A stretch of DNA of 64,000 nt from Eutreptiella sp. 'Long Island Sound 2002' (lineage: Eukaryota > Protista > Euglenida): contig OZ038378.1 of assembly GCA_964036045.1 (NCBI GenBank), positions 106,082,001-106,146,000 on the forward strand, read 5' to 3'. Within the stretch, counting starts at the first letter, position 1, and every line of letters begins with the position of its first letter. Positions 33,500-46,600 of the stretch are shown here, in pieces. The notes under the pieces are model-generated. The model searched no databases. It worked only from the letters and a program-made list of their open reading frames with translations, and was not told the origin of the DNA. The translations under genes and the position numbers were made by a program.

Positions 33500-36400
33500 T
33501 TACTCTTTTTTTTCATTTGTGCAAGCATCTGGTCAGGCTGCACACGTGTACTCTTCTCGTTTGCTTGCATCGGTCCACCCGGGCACGTGGACTCCTTAGG
33601 GTACTCCCCGCCACTACCCGCACTGCTTTACCCCTTCCAAGTCTCCTCAATGTCGTTTCGTGTATGGTTAGGACCATGCACGCATGAGTGCTGTTGTACG
33701 TGTTAGATGGTCCTTGCAAAGCCCCTTCGGAACACGCACAACGGTAATCCATTGGGTGATAACCACACAGAGGCATCAGTCGGAGAGGAGCATCCCCTAA
33801 CTGCCCCCTGGAGAACATGTGCACCTGTTGCTGCTCGTTTCCAGCCTTTGACTCCTTCGCACATTGTCACTCCGTCTTTTTTCCCTTCCTCGCATTATCT
33901 TCTGAGACTGGTGCCTAGTTGGGTTTGGGCGCGCTCCTTTTTGGTGATAAGACTGCCTCCCTCTTCTCTTGGCTTCTTTTTCGTGCTCCCACTGCCTCAA
34001 TCCAATGTATGGCGGCCTCCGCCTCACTCCTCCTTGACCGCCCAGGAGCTGTATAGGGTCGTGTTTCTTCCCCTCTCAATGACAAGCAATCCCACCCACT
34101 TGTTGCTGAGGATGCGCTCTTGCTTTGAAGTCTTGCTTCTTTGGCGAATGGGGTGCCGCAATCCACCGAGCTCTTGCACCAGGTAGGCATTGCAGTACCT
34201 GATTTCGATGGTAGTGTCTGTTGACTTCAGCGCGGGATCAAGGCCCGTGGTCGCCTTCTTCATGACATGGGGCCCACGTCCACGGCACCCAACCACGGCT
34301 GCGGACATCACCTCCTTGCTGAGTGGGGTGTATGCACTGTGCGGGTCCACTACGCAGCGGTAACTGTCCAGGGGCACTTGGGGATGTACTTGCCCTCCGT
34401 ACGCATGGGCCGCCTGCCCGCGAGCCCCGTTGCCCTTTAGAACGCCACAAATCAAGGACTGCTGAGCTTGGCAGCCCAGTTGCCACTCGTGTTTGGCGTG
34501 TTTCGTGGTTGTCGAAAGAGACGTGACAACGGGTGTGGATCGTCGATCCCCTTTGCTTGTAGCTTGCCAAAGACCTCGCCCCCGATTTTAGGTGGCGAGA
34601 CCACACATTACATAGTGTCACGGCACCGTGGCCAATGAAGATCACACCGACCACAAATAGCTCGTACCTATCTGTGCGGGCCGTTAGGTGGTTCATGTAC
34701 AATTGCTCGGATGAAGCATGGAAGCTTTCAGGACACGAGACCTCTTTGAGAAGACCTAGAGCACCACATAAAAGAACATGGTGCAACTCTAGAATGGCTG
34801 CGGTACAACGAAGTCAAAGTGGTGCCCAACCTGAAGGGCCATGGGCACTACCAGCCTCTCCTGCTCATCCCATTCTTGAACTTTAGGAGCTCGGCATCTT
34901 GGTCGTTGTAGTCCTAGAGTGCGGTGTATGCTGCGTGAAACTCCTTGGGGTGCCGTGTCCCCAATGGAGCGCGCATAATGGACACCTGTTTGTTGCATTT
35001 GTTCCTCAAAACTTTGGTGCCCTTGTCATCCGGATCCCAAATCCTGGACATGGACATCTCCTCGTCAATGTCACCTCTTTGCTTTTTGTAGCGTAGCGTC
35101 AGGTTGCCAGACTGCTTCCGTTCTAGGTGGAGCTTTGCCGGGAGCGCCTTCTCCGTATCTTCTTTGGTTAGTACCCTAGCAGTTCGTGGGAGAAACGGGC
35201 CTTTATCTCGTTCTCCATGGTATTGAGGCCAATCTCCACAATTTCCTCTTCTGAGCGGGCCTGCAATCGCATCGGTGGCATACCCGCTTATGTGCAAGGC
35301 GCCTTCATCGGTTCAGCCTTGGGGTGTAGGTTCTTCGGCTGCCCCTTTCCTCGGGTAATAGGCGATACTTTCCAAAAGAGTTGCATACCTTGTGTTGGGG
35401 ACGGTCGTGTTGATTTCCGCGTCCCTGTTGGCACTGGTGCGGACCCTTGCTTTGCATGTGATCCTCACCTCTTTGCCTGTCTTTGTGATGGGGCTGGCTC
35501 TTTCTCCAATTCTGATGTTGAGCGTAGTGCCTCTATTTATCCATCATCGGCCCGGTTGAATCCTGTGTTGGCACTTACTTTTGCATCTTCCTCCCCTCGG
35601 GTTGTTTTGCACCATCTTGGAGGCTCACCATCGATTTCTCGCCTTTCTTGCGACAGCAAAAGTACGCCATTGGGTCGGTGTGGTTTGTCCCTCTTCTCCT
35701 TTTGTGGCAACTTTGGGGTGATCCGGTTGCCGTTTTGTTTGCGAACCACTTCCGCTATCCGGTGTGCCACCCAGCGTTACTGATTCCTATATTTCTTTAT
35801 GTGGGCTCTGTCCCGCCACAACGGGCCAACGGCGTCAACCCCATGCACATTCTCGCGGAATGTCCCAGTCCGATAGGTTTTTTCAGATGGTACTCTTGTT
35901 CCTTTGTATGCCTCCCCCCCCATGATCCAAATGCTTGGCCAATATCTTTTCTGAGAACGTGGCGGAGTGTTCCAGGACTTGAGGCCTCATGCTTCCCGTT
36001 GATGTGTAGGTTTCCCGCACTCACAATATGCATGTTCCTCCTGTCACACAGACTTTCCGTGTTGTACACCCACTGCAAGAAATTGGCAAACATGGTACCC
36101 CCTAATACGGCCTCGCAACCGCCATGGACCACATGGAGGCGGCAAATTACCGTTGTCAACGGCTGCTCGGCCTGCTGGCGGTCTACTCGTCAAGCGCGGC
36201 CTCAAAGAATCCTTTGTCCTTTGGCAAAGGAGGCAACTCAGCTTTGACTGTCAACAGTGGTTCTACACTACTGTAGCACTCCATAGGATAACCCCCCTTG
36301 CACAACAAGGGTAGTCCCACCCAACATGTGGCACTCCCGTTTCATTAGATGAGGAGGCGGGGCTCAAAATTTGCACACATCCCAAACTCATCCGTTTGGA

Positions 36401-37450
36401 ACAGAATGTGAGCAATCCTTAAGCAGCAACAAGTGGTTGCTGACGACCACCGTGCGCACTGCAGCTTGTAGCTGGCACGACCGCCATGCGTCGGCGTCCC
36501 TATTCTTGGACAGCCGAACGCCGTGGTAGCCCGTAAGTGCAGCATTGTTGCACAACACCGCCATGTGCTTACGCAAAGCACGGCAATGCTCCGCCTTGAA
36601 CTTTCCACAAGTAAGAATGACCCACATAGGGATGGCAAAGTACGCCTTCGCTGCAGGCGTGCTAGGAACACCACACTGGCTCGGTTGGTGACCTGGTATG
36701 TTGGCGGTTCCTACTCCAGCCATTTTGCCTGAGCCTCCACGAAGTCGCCACTTGCCAATGGCATTGTGTGCCGGCAACACGTGGCGCACAACCCCGGCGC
36801 GTGTCCATCATGGGAGAAAGTGATGACCGCCTCCACATGGAGTTCATCGATGCAAAGGTGCCACAAGTGGACACTTGCAATGTGGCTCAAGGCGTCCCAA
36901 AACCCAAAGAGACCGTGTTGCTCGTTGGGGTGTAGACATGGGGGGCCCTTCAAAGTGTTGTAGGTCCATACCGTAGCTGGGCAATTAGCCAATGTTTAGT
37001 GCTTGCAACAGTTTGACTGCCTCAAATGCCCAATGGTGCAATCATGGCGGCATTCCTATCGTTGTCATGCAAGGACCGCAGGCTCTAGCTAGCGCATCAC
37101 TTTGCCTGATGCCAACCGGCTTTCAACAGCCGTGCGGCCCGATACCCACCTAGGGGATGGTCCTCATTAGCAAGGGCAACGGTGAGCGCCTTGTAGGTGT
37201 CACAACGCTACGTGAAGTTAGGGAGATGCCTCTTTGGCTGGCACAGAGCATTTTTGGCAATGTTCCTCGTATTATTGGCCTGATCAAGGCGGTGGGACGG
37301 CACATGGGGCCTTTGCCGGTGACAATGCTCCGTGTCCTTCGGCCCAATGGCGGTGTTCATTTAGCTGTTAAGCCCAGCAGCAGGCTTCCCAGATAGCAAA
37401 TTCAGGCGGCGTAAATTGGGGCCGTAGCGGCAAGCTATATCCTCCCAATG
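33500..37450 (-). pseudogene. Heavily decayed coding region(s) of unknown family, probably transposon-derived
   Basis: A chain of minus-strand ORF fragments (35797-36159, 35537-35770, 34914-35297, 34789-34998, 34024-34455) with protein-like composition. There is a weak Ulp1-like hint (LVVPMALQVGHHF ... QVPLDSYRC). Confidence 0.3.
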
Positions 37451-37514
37451 GGTATCGGTATGGCAATCTTGGGCAAATGGCCCTCGTCGGTCACGGAACT
37501 CCCATCCCGTTGTG

Positions 37515-37660
37515 CTGGCGCTTCATTGAACTCCTGGCCTTTTTGCGTCAGCGCGATGTCGCCTTTGTGGAAGCGTGGCCAGTATGCGTGAGCGCACAGG
37601 GGATTCATTAAACTGTTGGCCTCTGTGAATGAGCACACTGAGGCGTCATTGAATCCCTAC
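37515..37660 (-). repeat. Satellite II, 3-4 inverted monomers at the array edge
   Basis: The reverse complement reads GGGATTCAATGACGCCTCAGTGTGCTCATTCACAGAGGCC..., matching satellite II. Confidence 0.75.
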
Positions 37661-40600
37661 TCACGCACTGGGCCGGAATGCTCGATGAGGCCCCACCACA
37701 CGCACACATAGGGGGTTGAAGCTCAATAAGCCCCAAGTGCACTCATCCGCAGGGGCCTAATATTCAATGAGGACCCATTGCGCTCAGGCCCAGGGGCCAT
37801 TCTTTGAACGAGGTGATAGTGCAACCCGGTACAAGGGCTACCAATTCATTGAGGCCCCAGTGCGCTCACGCACAAGAGACAAGAGTTCAAGGGGCCCCAA
37901 GTGCGCTCACACATAGTGCCCTCATTGAACAAGGGGCAGAAGTTTAATGAGGCACCGGTGCGCTCAAGCATAGGGGCCATAAGTGCAATGAGGCCCAGTG
38001 CGCTCCCGCACAGGGGCGCGAACCTTGCCGAGGCCATGATGGACGCACGCACAGGGGCCAGAAGTTCAATGCATCTCCATTGAGCTCATGCACATGGGCC
38101 AGAAGTTCAATGAGGCCCCCGTGCAGTCACGTACAGGAGCGACCAATATCATGAGGCCCCACTGTGCTCGCCCAAAAAAGTCGGAGGATCAATGAGGCCC
38201 CAATGCGCTCACGCATAGGGCCCTCATTGAAGACAGGCCAGAAGCTAGGAATTTCATGAGACCCCATTGTGCTAGCCCGAAAAGGTGAGTGGTTCAATGA
38301 GGCGCCAGTGCGCTCATGCACAGCGGCAACTAGTTGAATAAGGCCCCAGTGCGCTCATGCATAGGTGGCTAGGAGCTCAATGAAGCGCCAATGCGGTCGC
38401 GCGCAACGGTCAACATTGCAACGCGTCCCCACCGTGCTCACGTATAGGGGCCAAGAGGTCAATGAGGCCCCAGTGTGCTAATGCACAGGGGCCAAGTTTC
38501 CGGTAACACTTCACCATGCTCACGCGAGAGGCCCAGTGGTTTCGGGCTCTAGTGACCTCACGCAGAGCGGCCACCAAGTGGATGAGGCCCTAGTGCCGGC
38601 ATGTGCAGGGGTGGAAGTTCAATGAGGCCCAAGTGCGCTCATGAGCAGAGACTGGGACTGCAATAGGGCCCAAGTGCCCTCGGGCATAGGGGCCACGAGC
38701 CTAATGAGGCGAGGCCAAACATTCAATGGCGCCCCAGTGCAGTCATGCACAGCGGGCGCAAGTTCAATTATACCCTACTTTGGTCACACACAGGGCGCAC
38801 ATGGTGCATGAGGCCGCAGCGCGCTCATGCATAATGGCTAGACATTGAATGACGCCCCAATGGGCTCTCGCAAAGGGGCTAGAAGCTCGATGACTCCCCG
38901 GTGCACTCATGCACAGGGGTCAGCAGTTCAATGTGGTTGCAGTGCACTCACGCATAGGGGCCAAGGATTCAATGAGGGGCCCCTGCGCTCAAGCGGAGGG
39001 GCCAGTGGTTCATTGAGGCCCTAGTGCGCTGATGCATAGGGGTCAGAAAGTGAATAAGCCCCTAGTGGCGAAAAGTTCGGTGCGACCCCAACGCGCTCCC
39101 ACACATAGGTGACAAGGTCAATGAGGCAGGGATGCGCTCACACACAGGCTTAGTCGTTCAATCAGACACCGCTGCGGTCACGCACGGGGGCCAAGAGTTT
39201 ACTCAGGCGCCATAGCCGTCACGCACGGGGGCCAGGAATTCACTGAGGCCCTAGTGGGGTAACGCCTAGGGACCAGCATTTCAATGAGTCCCCAATGGTG
39301 TCACGTGAAGCAAAGGTTCAATGAGCCCCCAATGTGCTCATGGAAAGGCGCCAAAAGTTCAATGAGGGCTTCATGTGCTACTCCACGTTCCCAATGCGCT
39401 CATGTCCACGGCTGGAAGTTAGGTGAGGGGTTAATGTGCTCATGCACTGGAGCCATAAGCTCCATGAGGCCCCAATACGCGCACACACGTGGACCAAACG
39501 TTCATGCACGGGGGCCAGGCGTTCGATGAGGACCTAGTACGGTCACATCAAGGGGCCAAGAGTTCAATGAGGCCCAAGTGCACTGCCGCACAGGGGCTAC
39601 TAGTTCAACAAACAACCAGTGCGGCCCCGCAGAGCGGGTAGGAATTCAACGAGGCCCTAGTGCGCTCACGCAAAGGGGCTGAATGATTAATGAGCCCCCA
39701 ATGCGCCGCTGCACAAGGCTCCAACATTCGGTGACGCTCTGATGTGCTCATGCACTGGGGCCAAATGCTCGATGAGGCCCTACTGCGCGCTCACATGGGG
39801 GCCAAAACCTCAATGAGACCCAAGTGCACTCATCCGCACGGACCGGACATTCAAGGAGGACCCGATGCGCGCACGCCCCGGGGCAAGTCTGTGGACGAGG
39901 CACTATTGCACTCCCGTAGAGGGGCTGCTGGTTCAATGAGGCCCCAATGTGCTCACGCTCAAGAGATTGCAGGACTTCAATAGGCCGCTACTGCGCTCAC
40001 ACATAGGGCCCTCACTGAACAGGGGCTAAAAGGTCAATGAGGTAGTTGTGCGCTCATGCACAAGAGCCTGAAGTTCAATGAGGCCCCAATGCGCTCACAC
40101 ACAGGGGCGAGAAGCTCGATGAAACCCTAGCGTGCGCACACGTAACGGCCAAAAGTTCAATGCATCTCCATTGTGCTCATGCACACGGGACAGAAGTTCA
40201 ATGAGGCCCCAGTGCAGTGACACACAGGAGCAAAGAATTTTATGAGGCCCCGGTGTGCTCCCCCAAAAAGGTCAGAGGTCCAATGAGGCCCCGGTGCGCT
40301 CATGCATAGGTGGCTAGGAGCTCTATGAAGCCCCAATGGGGTCATGCACATCAACATTTCAACGAGTCCACACCGTGCTCAGGTACAGCGGCCAAGAGGT
40401 CAATGAGGCCCGGTTCGCTCATGCAAAGGGGCCAAGATTCCAATGACTCTTCACCATGCTCACGCGAAGGGCCAGTGGTTCAATGAGGCGCCAATACGCT
40501 CACGTAGTGGGTCCACGAGCTCGATGACACTCCAGTGGCCGCATGCGCAGGGGCCACAAGTTCAATGGGGCCCAAGTACGCTCACGCACAAAGACCTGGG

Positions 40601-43600
40601 CTTCAATGAGGCCCGCATGCCGTCACGCATGGGGACCAGGATTTCAATGAGTCGCCAATGGTGTGACGCAAAGAGGCCAGAGGTTCAACGAGGCCCAGTG
40701 CGCTCATGCACACGCGCCAAAGGTTTAATGAGGCCTTAATGTGCTCCTCCACAGGCCCAATGCGCTCACGTACAGGGGCCGAAAGTTTATTGATGGGTTA
40801 ATGTGCTCATGCATAGGAGCCCAAAGCTCCATGAGGCCCTACTACGAGCACGCACGTGGGCCAAAAGTTCATCCATGGCCGCCACACGTTCAATGAGGAC
40901 TGAGTGCGGTCACGCCCGTTTGCAAATAGCTCGATGAGGCCCGAGTGCCTTCCCGCAAATGGGCTACTAGTTCAATGAGCCTGTAGTGCGCTCATGCAGA
41001 GCGGCGACGAATTCAATAACTCCGCAGTGCGCTGCTGCATAGGGCCCAGAAGTTCAATGAGCCCCCCATGCGCTCATGCACCGGCGCCAAATGCTCAATG
41101 ACGCCCTATTGCGCGCGCGCACAGGGGCCAAAAGGTAAATGAGCCCCAACTGCACGCATCCGCAGGGGCCGGACGTTCAATTAGCACCCCGTACGGTCAC
41201 CTCGGGGCCAATAGTTCGACGATGCGCTAGTGCACTACCGCAGAGCGGCCACCAATTCAATGAGGCCTTATGGTGCCAACACACAAGACACCAAGACTGT
41301 AATGAGTTCCTAGTGCGCTCACGCATAGGGCCCTCATTGAACACGGGCCAGAAGTTTAATGAGGCACTAGTGCGCTCACGCTCAGGGGCCAAAAGTTCGA
41401 CGAGGCCCAAATGCGCTCATGCAGGGGGGCCAAGCGTTAAATGAGGACCTAGTGCGGTCGCACTCGGGTGCCATAGTTCGATGAGGTCCAAGTGCACTGC
41501 CGCAGAGGGGCTGCTAGTTCAACGAGCCCCAGTGTGCTCATGTAGAGCGGCGAGGACTTCAATGAAGCTCTTGTGCGCTCACGCGAATTGGCCTGCCGTG
41601 TAATGAGCCCCATTGCGCTGCTGCACAAAGGCCAAAAGTTCAGTGACGCCCCAATGTGCTCATGCACTGGGGCCAAAAGCTCAATGAGGCCCAAGTGCAC
41701 TCATCCGTAGGGGCCGGACATTGGATGAGGCCCCAGTGTGCTCACGCACAGGGGCGAGAAGCTCGAGGGGGCCCTAGTGCGCGCACACACAGCGGCCAAT
41801 AGTTCAATGCATGTTCATTGCGTTCATCTACATGGGCAAGAAGTTCACTTAGGCTCAGTGCAAAAAGGTCAGAGGTGCAATGAGGCGAAGTGCGCTCATG
41901 CACAGTGGCGAGGAATTTAATGACGCCCCGGGGCGCTCATGCCTAGTTGGCTAGGAGCGCAATGAAGGGCTAATGCGGTCGCGCACAGCGAACAACATTT
42001 CAACGAGTGCCCTTGGTGCTGAGGCATAGGTGCCAAGAAGTCAATGAAGCCCCACTGCGCACATGCAAAGGGCCCAAGATTCCAATGAAACTTCACCATG
42101 CTCCCGCGAATGGGCCAGTGGTTCAATTAGGCCCTAGTGCAGTGGCGTAGCGGGGCCACGACCTCGATGACGCCCTAGTGCCTGAATGCGCAAGGGCCAA
42201 AAGTTCATTGAGGCCCAAGTGGCTATGGTGCGGTCACGGCTAGGGACCAAGATTATAATGAGTCCCCAATGAGGGCCCAGCGCACTCATGCACATGCGCA
42301 AAAAGTTTAATGAGTGCTTAATGTGCTCCTCCACAGGCCCACCGCGCTCATGAACAGGGGCCGGAAGTTTAGTGAGGGCGTAATGAGCCAGAAGCTTGTT
42401 AAGGCCATACTGCGTGCACACACGGGGGCCAATAGTTCAACGAGGGCCAAGTGCGGTCATCCACGTGGGCCAAACGTTCAATGAGGACGTAGTGCGGTTA
42501 CGCCCAGGGGCCAATGGTTCGATAAGGCTCCAGTGCACTCCCCCGGAGGGGCTACTAGTCCAATGAACCCCTAGTGCGCTCGTACAAAGCGGCGAGGAAG
42601 TCAATGAGGCACTACTGCGCTCACGAGAAGGGGCTCAACGTTTAATGAGGCCAAAAGTTTGATGAGGCCCCTATGCGCTCAGGCACTGGGGCCACATGCT
42701 AGCTAGGGCCCTACTACGCGCATACAAAGGGGCCAAAACGTCAACGACGCCCAACTTCACTCATCCGTAGGGGCAATGAGGACCTAGTGCGCTCACACCA
42801 AGGGGCTAGTAGTTCGGGAAGACGCTACTGCACCCCAGCAGAGGGGCTACTTGTTCAATGAAGCCCGAGTGCGCGCACACACAAGAGACCAAGACTTCAA
42901 CGGGTGCCCCGGCGCACTCATACATAGGGCCTCCATTGAATAGGGGCCAGACGTTCTACGAAGCACTAGTGCGCTCATGCATAGGGCACAAGTTCAATGA
43001 GGCCCTATTGTGCGCTTGCGCTGGGGCCAAAAGTTGAACGAGGCCCAAGTTAGCTCCTCCACGAGGATCATTTCTTAAATGAAGTCTGAGTGCGCTCCCG
43101 CACAGGGGCCAGAAGCTCGATGAGGCCCTATTGTGCGCATGCACGGGGGCCAAAAGTTGAAAGAGGCCCAAGTTAGCTCATCCACGGGGATCATTTCTTA
43201 AATGAAGCCGCAATGCGCTCCCGCACAGGGGCCAGAAGCTCGATGAGGCCCCCTTGTGCGCATGCACGGGGGCCAAAAGTTGAATCAGGCCCAAGCCAGC
43301 TCATCCACAAGGATCTGTTGTTAAATGAGGACCCGGTGCGGGCGCGCCCAAGGACCAATTGTTTGATGAGGCCCCGAAGCACCCCCGCAGGGGGGCTACG
43401 ATTTCAGTCAGCCCCGAGTGCACTTATGTACAGCAGCAAGGAATTCAAGTGCACTAGTGGGCTCACTCGAAGTGGCTTGATGTTTAATGGGGCCTCGGTG
43501 CATTGTTGCACAGGGCCAGAAGTGCAGTCAGGCCCCAATGCGTTCATGCACCGGGGCCCAATGCTCAATGAGGCCCTACTACATGCACGCAAAGGGGCCA

Positions 43601-46600
43601 AATGGTTGATGAGGCCCTACTACATTCACACATAGGAGCCAAAAGCTCAATGAGGCCCAAAATGCACACATCCGCGGGCGCCGGACGTTCAACGAGGACC
43701 TAGTGCGCTCACGCCTAGGGGCTAGTAGTTCGACGAGACGGTAGTGCACTTCCGCAGGGGCGCTACTAGTTCGATGACACCCGAGTGCGCTGACGCACAA
43801 GAGTCTAGGACTTCAATGGGGCCCTAGAGCGATCACACATAGGGCCCCCATTGAATACGGGCCAGACCTTCAATGAGGTGTTAATGTACTCACACATAGG
43901 GGCCCCAAGCTGGATGAGGCCCTAGTGGGCGCAACACAGCGGCCAGAAGCTCAACACATTTTCATTGCGCTCATGCACCTGGGCCGGGAGTTCAATGAGG
44001 CCCCACTGAGCTCACATATGAGCCAAAGATTTCATGAGGCCCCGGTGTGCCTGTCGGAAAAGATTAAAGGTTTAATGAGGCCCCATTGTGCTCGGCCACA
44101 GGTGCTGACATTTCAATGACACGTAATGAGGCCCAATGAGGCCCCAATGCACTCACACGAAGGGGAAGAGATTCAATGAGGCCGTGGTGCGGTCATGCAT
44201 AGGGGCCGCAAAGTTAATGATTCCCTATTGTGCTCACGCACAGGGGCCAAGAGGTCTATGAGGCCCCATTGCGCTCATGCACGGCGGCTAGACATGCAAT
44301 GAGGCCCCATGGCGGTGACGCAGAGGGGCCAAGAGTTTAATCAACCCCCACAGACGTTACGCACAGGGGCCAGGACGTCAATGAGGTCCTAGTGCGGTCA
44401 CAGCCACGGGCCAGGATTTTCATGAGTCCCGAATGGTGTCACACGAAGAGGCCAGAGGTTCAATAAGGCCCTAGTGTGCTCACGCACAGGTGCCAAAAGT
44501 TTAATGAGGGCTTAATGTGCTCGATCACATGCCCAATGTGCTCATGCACAGGGGCCAGACATCTAGTTAGGGTGTGATGTGCTCGTGCATAGGAGCCAGA
44601 AGGATGTTAAGGCCATACTGCGCGCACACACGGGGCCCAAAAGTTCAACGAGGCCCAAGTGCGGTCATCCACCGGGGCCAGACTTTCTATGAAGACCCAG
44701 GGCGGTCACGCCCAGGGGCCAATGGTCCGATGAGGCCCCAGTGCACTCCCGCAGACGGGCTACTAGTTCAGCCCGAGTGCGCTCCTACAGAGAGGTGAAA
44801 AATTCAATGAAGCCGTAGTGCGTTCACGTGAAGAGGCTTAACGTTTAATGAAGCCGGAAGTTTAGTGAGGCCCCAATGCGCTCACACACTAGGTCCTAAT
44901 GCTGGTTGGGGCCCTACTACGTGCACACAAAGGGGGCGGAAGCTCAATGAGGCCCAAGTGCACTCATCCGCAGGAGCGAGACGTTGAATGAGGACGCACT
45001 GCACTCACGCCTAGGGGCAGTAGTTCGAGGAGTGCAACCTGGTGGAGGGGCTAAGAGTTCAATGAGGCCCCGGTGCGCTCACGCACAACAGACCAAGAGT
45101 TCAACGGGGGCCCGGTGCGCCCACGCATAGAGCCCTCATTGAACCGGGGCCAAAAGTTCCATCGGGCACTAGTGCGCTCATGCATAGGAGCCACACGTTC
45201 ACTGAGGCCCCATTGCGCTGCCAAACAGGGGGCCCAAGCTCGAGAAGGCGCTATTACGTACACGCACGGGGGCCAAAAATTGAACGAGGAGCAAATCAGC
45301 TCATCCATGGGGTTCAGACGTTCAATGAGGACCTAGTGAGGTCCAGCCCACGGGCCAATAATTCGATGAGGCCCTAGTGCACTCCCGCAAAGAGGCTACT
45401 AGTTGAATGAGCCCCCAGTGCACTCCTGCAGAGGAACAAGGAATTTCATGAGGCCCTCGCGCGCTCATGGGAAAGGGGTTGGCGTTTCATGAGCCCTTAG
45501 TGCACTGGTGCAGAGAGCTAGAAGTTCAGTCAGGCCCCAACGCGCTCAAGTAACGGGGCCGAACGGTCGATGAAGCCCTACTACGCTCAAACGCCGGAGC
45601 CAAAAGCTCGATGAGGCCCAGCTGCACTCATCCGCATGCGCCGGATGTTCAATGAGGACCTAGTGCGCCCACGCCTAGGGGCCAGTAGTTCGATGACGCG
45701 GTAGTGCACTAGCGCACAGGGGCATCAATTCAATGAGGCCCCAGTGCACCCATGCACATGAGTCCAGGACTTCAGTTAGGCCCTAGTGCGCTCAACCATA
45801 CAGCCCTCAATGAAGAAGCGCCACAGGTTTAATGAGGCACTACTGCGCTCACACATAGGGGCCAGAAGCTCGATGACGCCCTGGTGCGCGCACACACAGC
45901 GGCCAGAAGGTCAATGCATCTCAATGCGCTCATGTACATGGGCCACAAGTTCAATGACGCCCGAGTGCGGTCACGAACAGGAGCTAGGAATTTAATGAGG
46001 CCCCAGTGTGAATGCCTGAAAAGGTCAAAGGTTCAATGAGGCCCCAGTGCACTCAACCACGGGGGCCAAGATTTCATGCACTCCACACCACGCTCATGGC
46101 AACGGCCTAGTGGTTCAATGAGGCCGTAGTGCGCTCACGCATAGGGCCCTTGAGCTCAATGAGGCCCTAATGCCTGCACGCACAAGGGCCACAAGTGCAA
46201 TCAGGCCCAACTCTTGTCACACACAGAGACCCGGACTTCAATTGCTGCCGGTACGCTTGGGCACAGGGGCCACGCACTTAATGAGGCCCCAATGCACTCC
46301 CACGAAGGGGCCAGAGATTCAATGAGGCCATAGTGCGTTCCTGCATAGGGGCCGCAAGTTCAATGATTCCCTATTGTGCTCACGCACTAGGGCCAGGAGG
46401 TCTATGAGGCCCCATTGCGCTCATGCACAGATGCTAGACATTCAATGAGGCCCCATTGCGGTCATGCAAACGGGGCAAGCGGTGAGTCATGCCCCACAGA
46501 CGTCACGCATAGACGGCAAGACTTCAACGGGACCTTAGTGTGGCCACGCCTACCGGCAGGATTTCTTTAACTCCCCAATGGTGTCGCACAAAGAGGCCAG

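Noticed and set aside
36860-36900. SF2 helicase Walker B (LCIDELH)
   Set aside because: It is an isolated motif with no Walker A or other helicase motifs in register.
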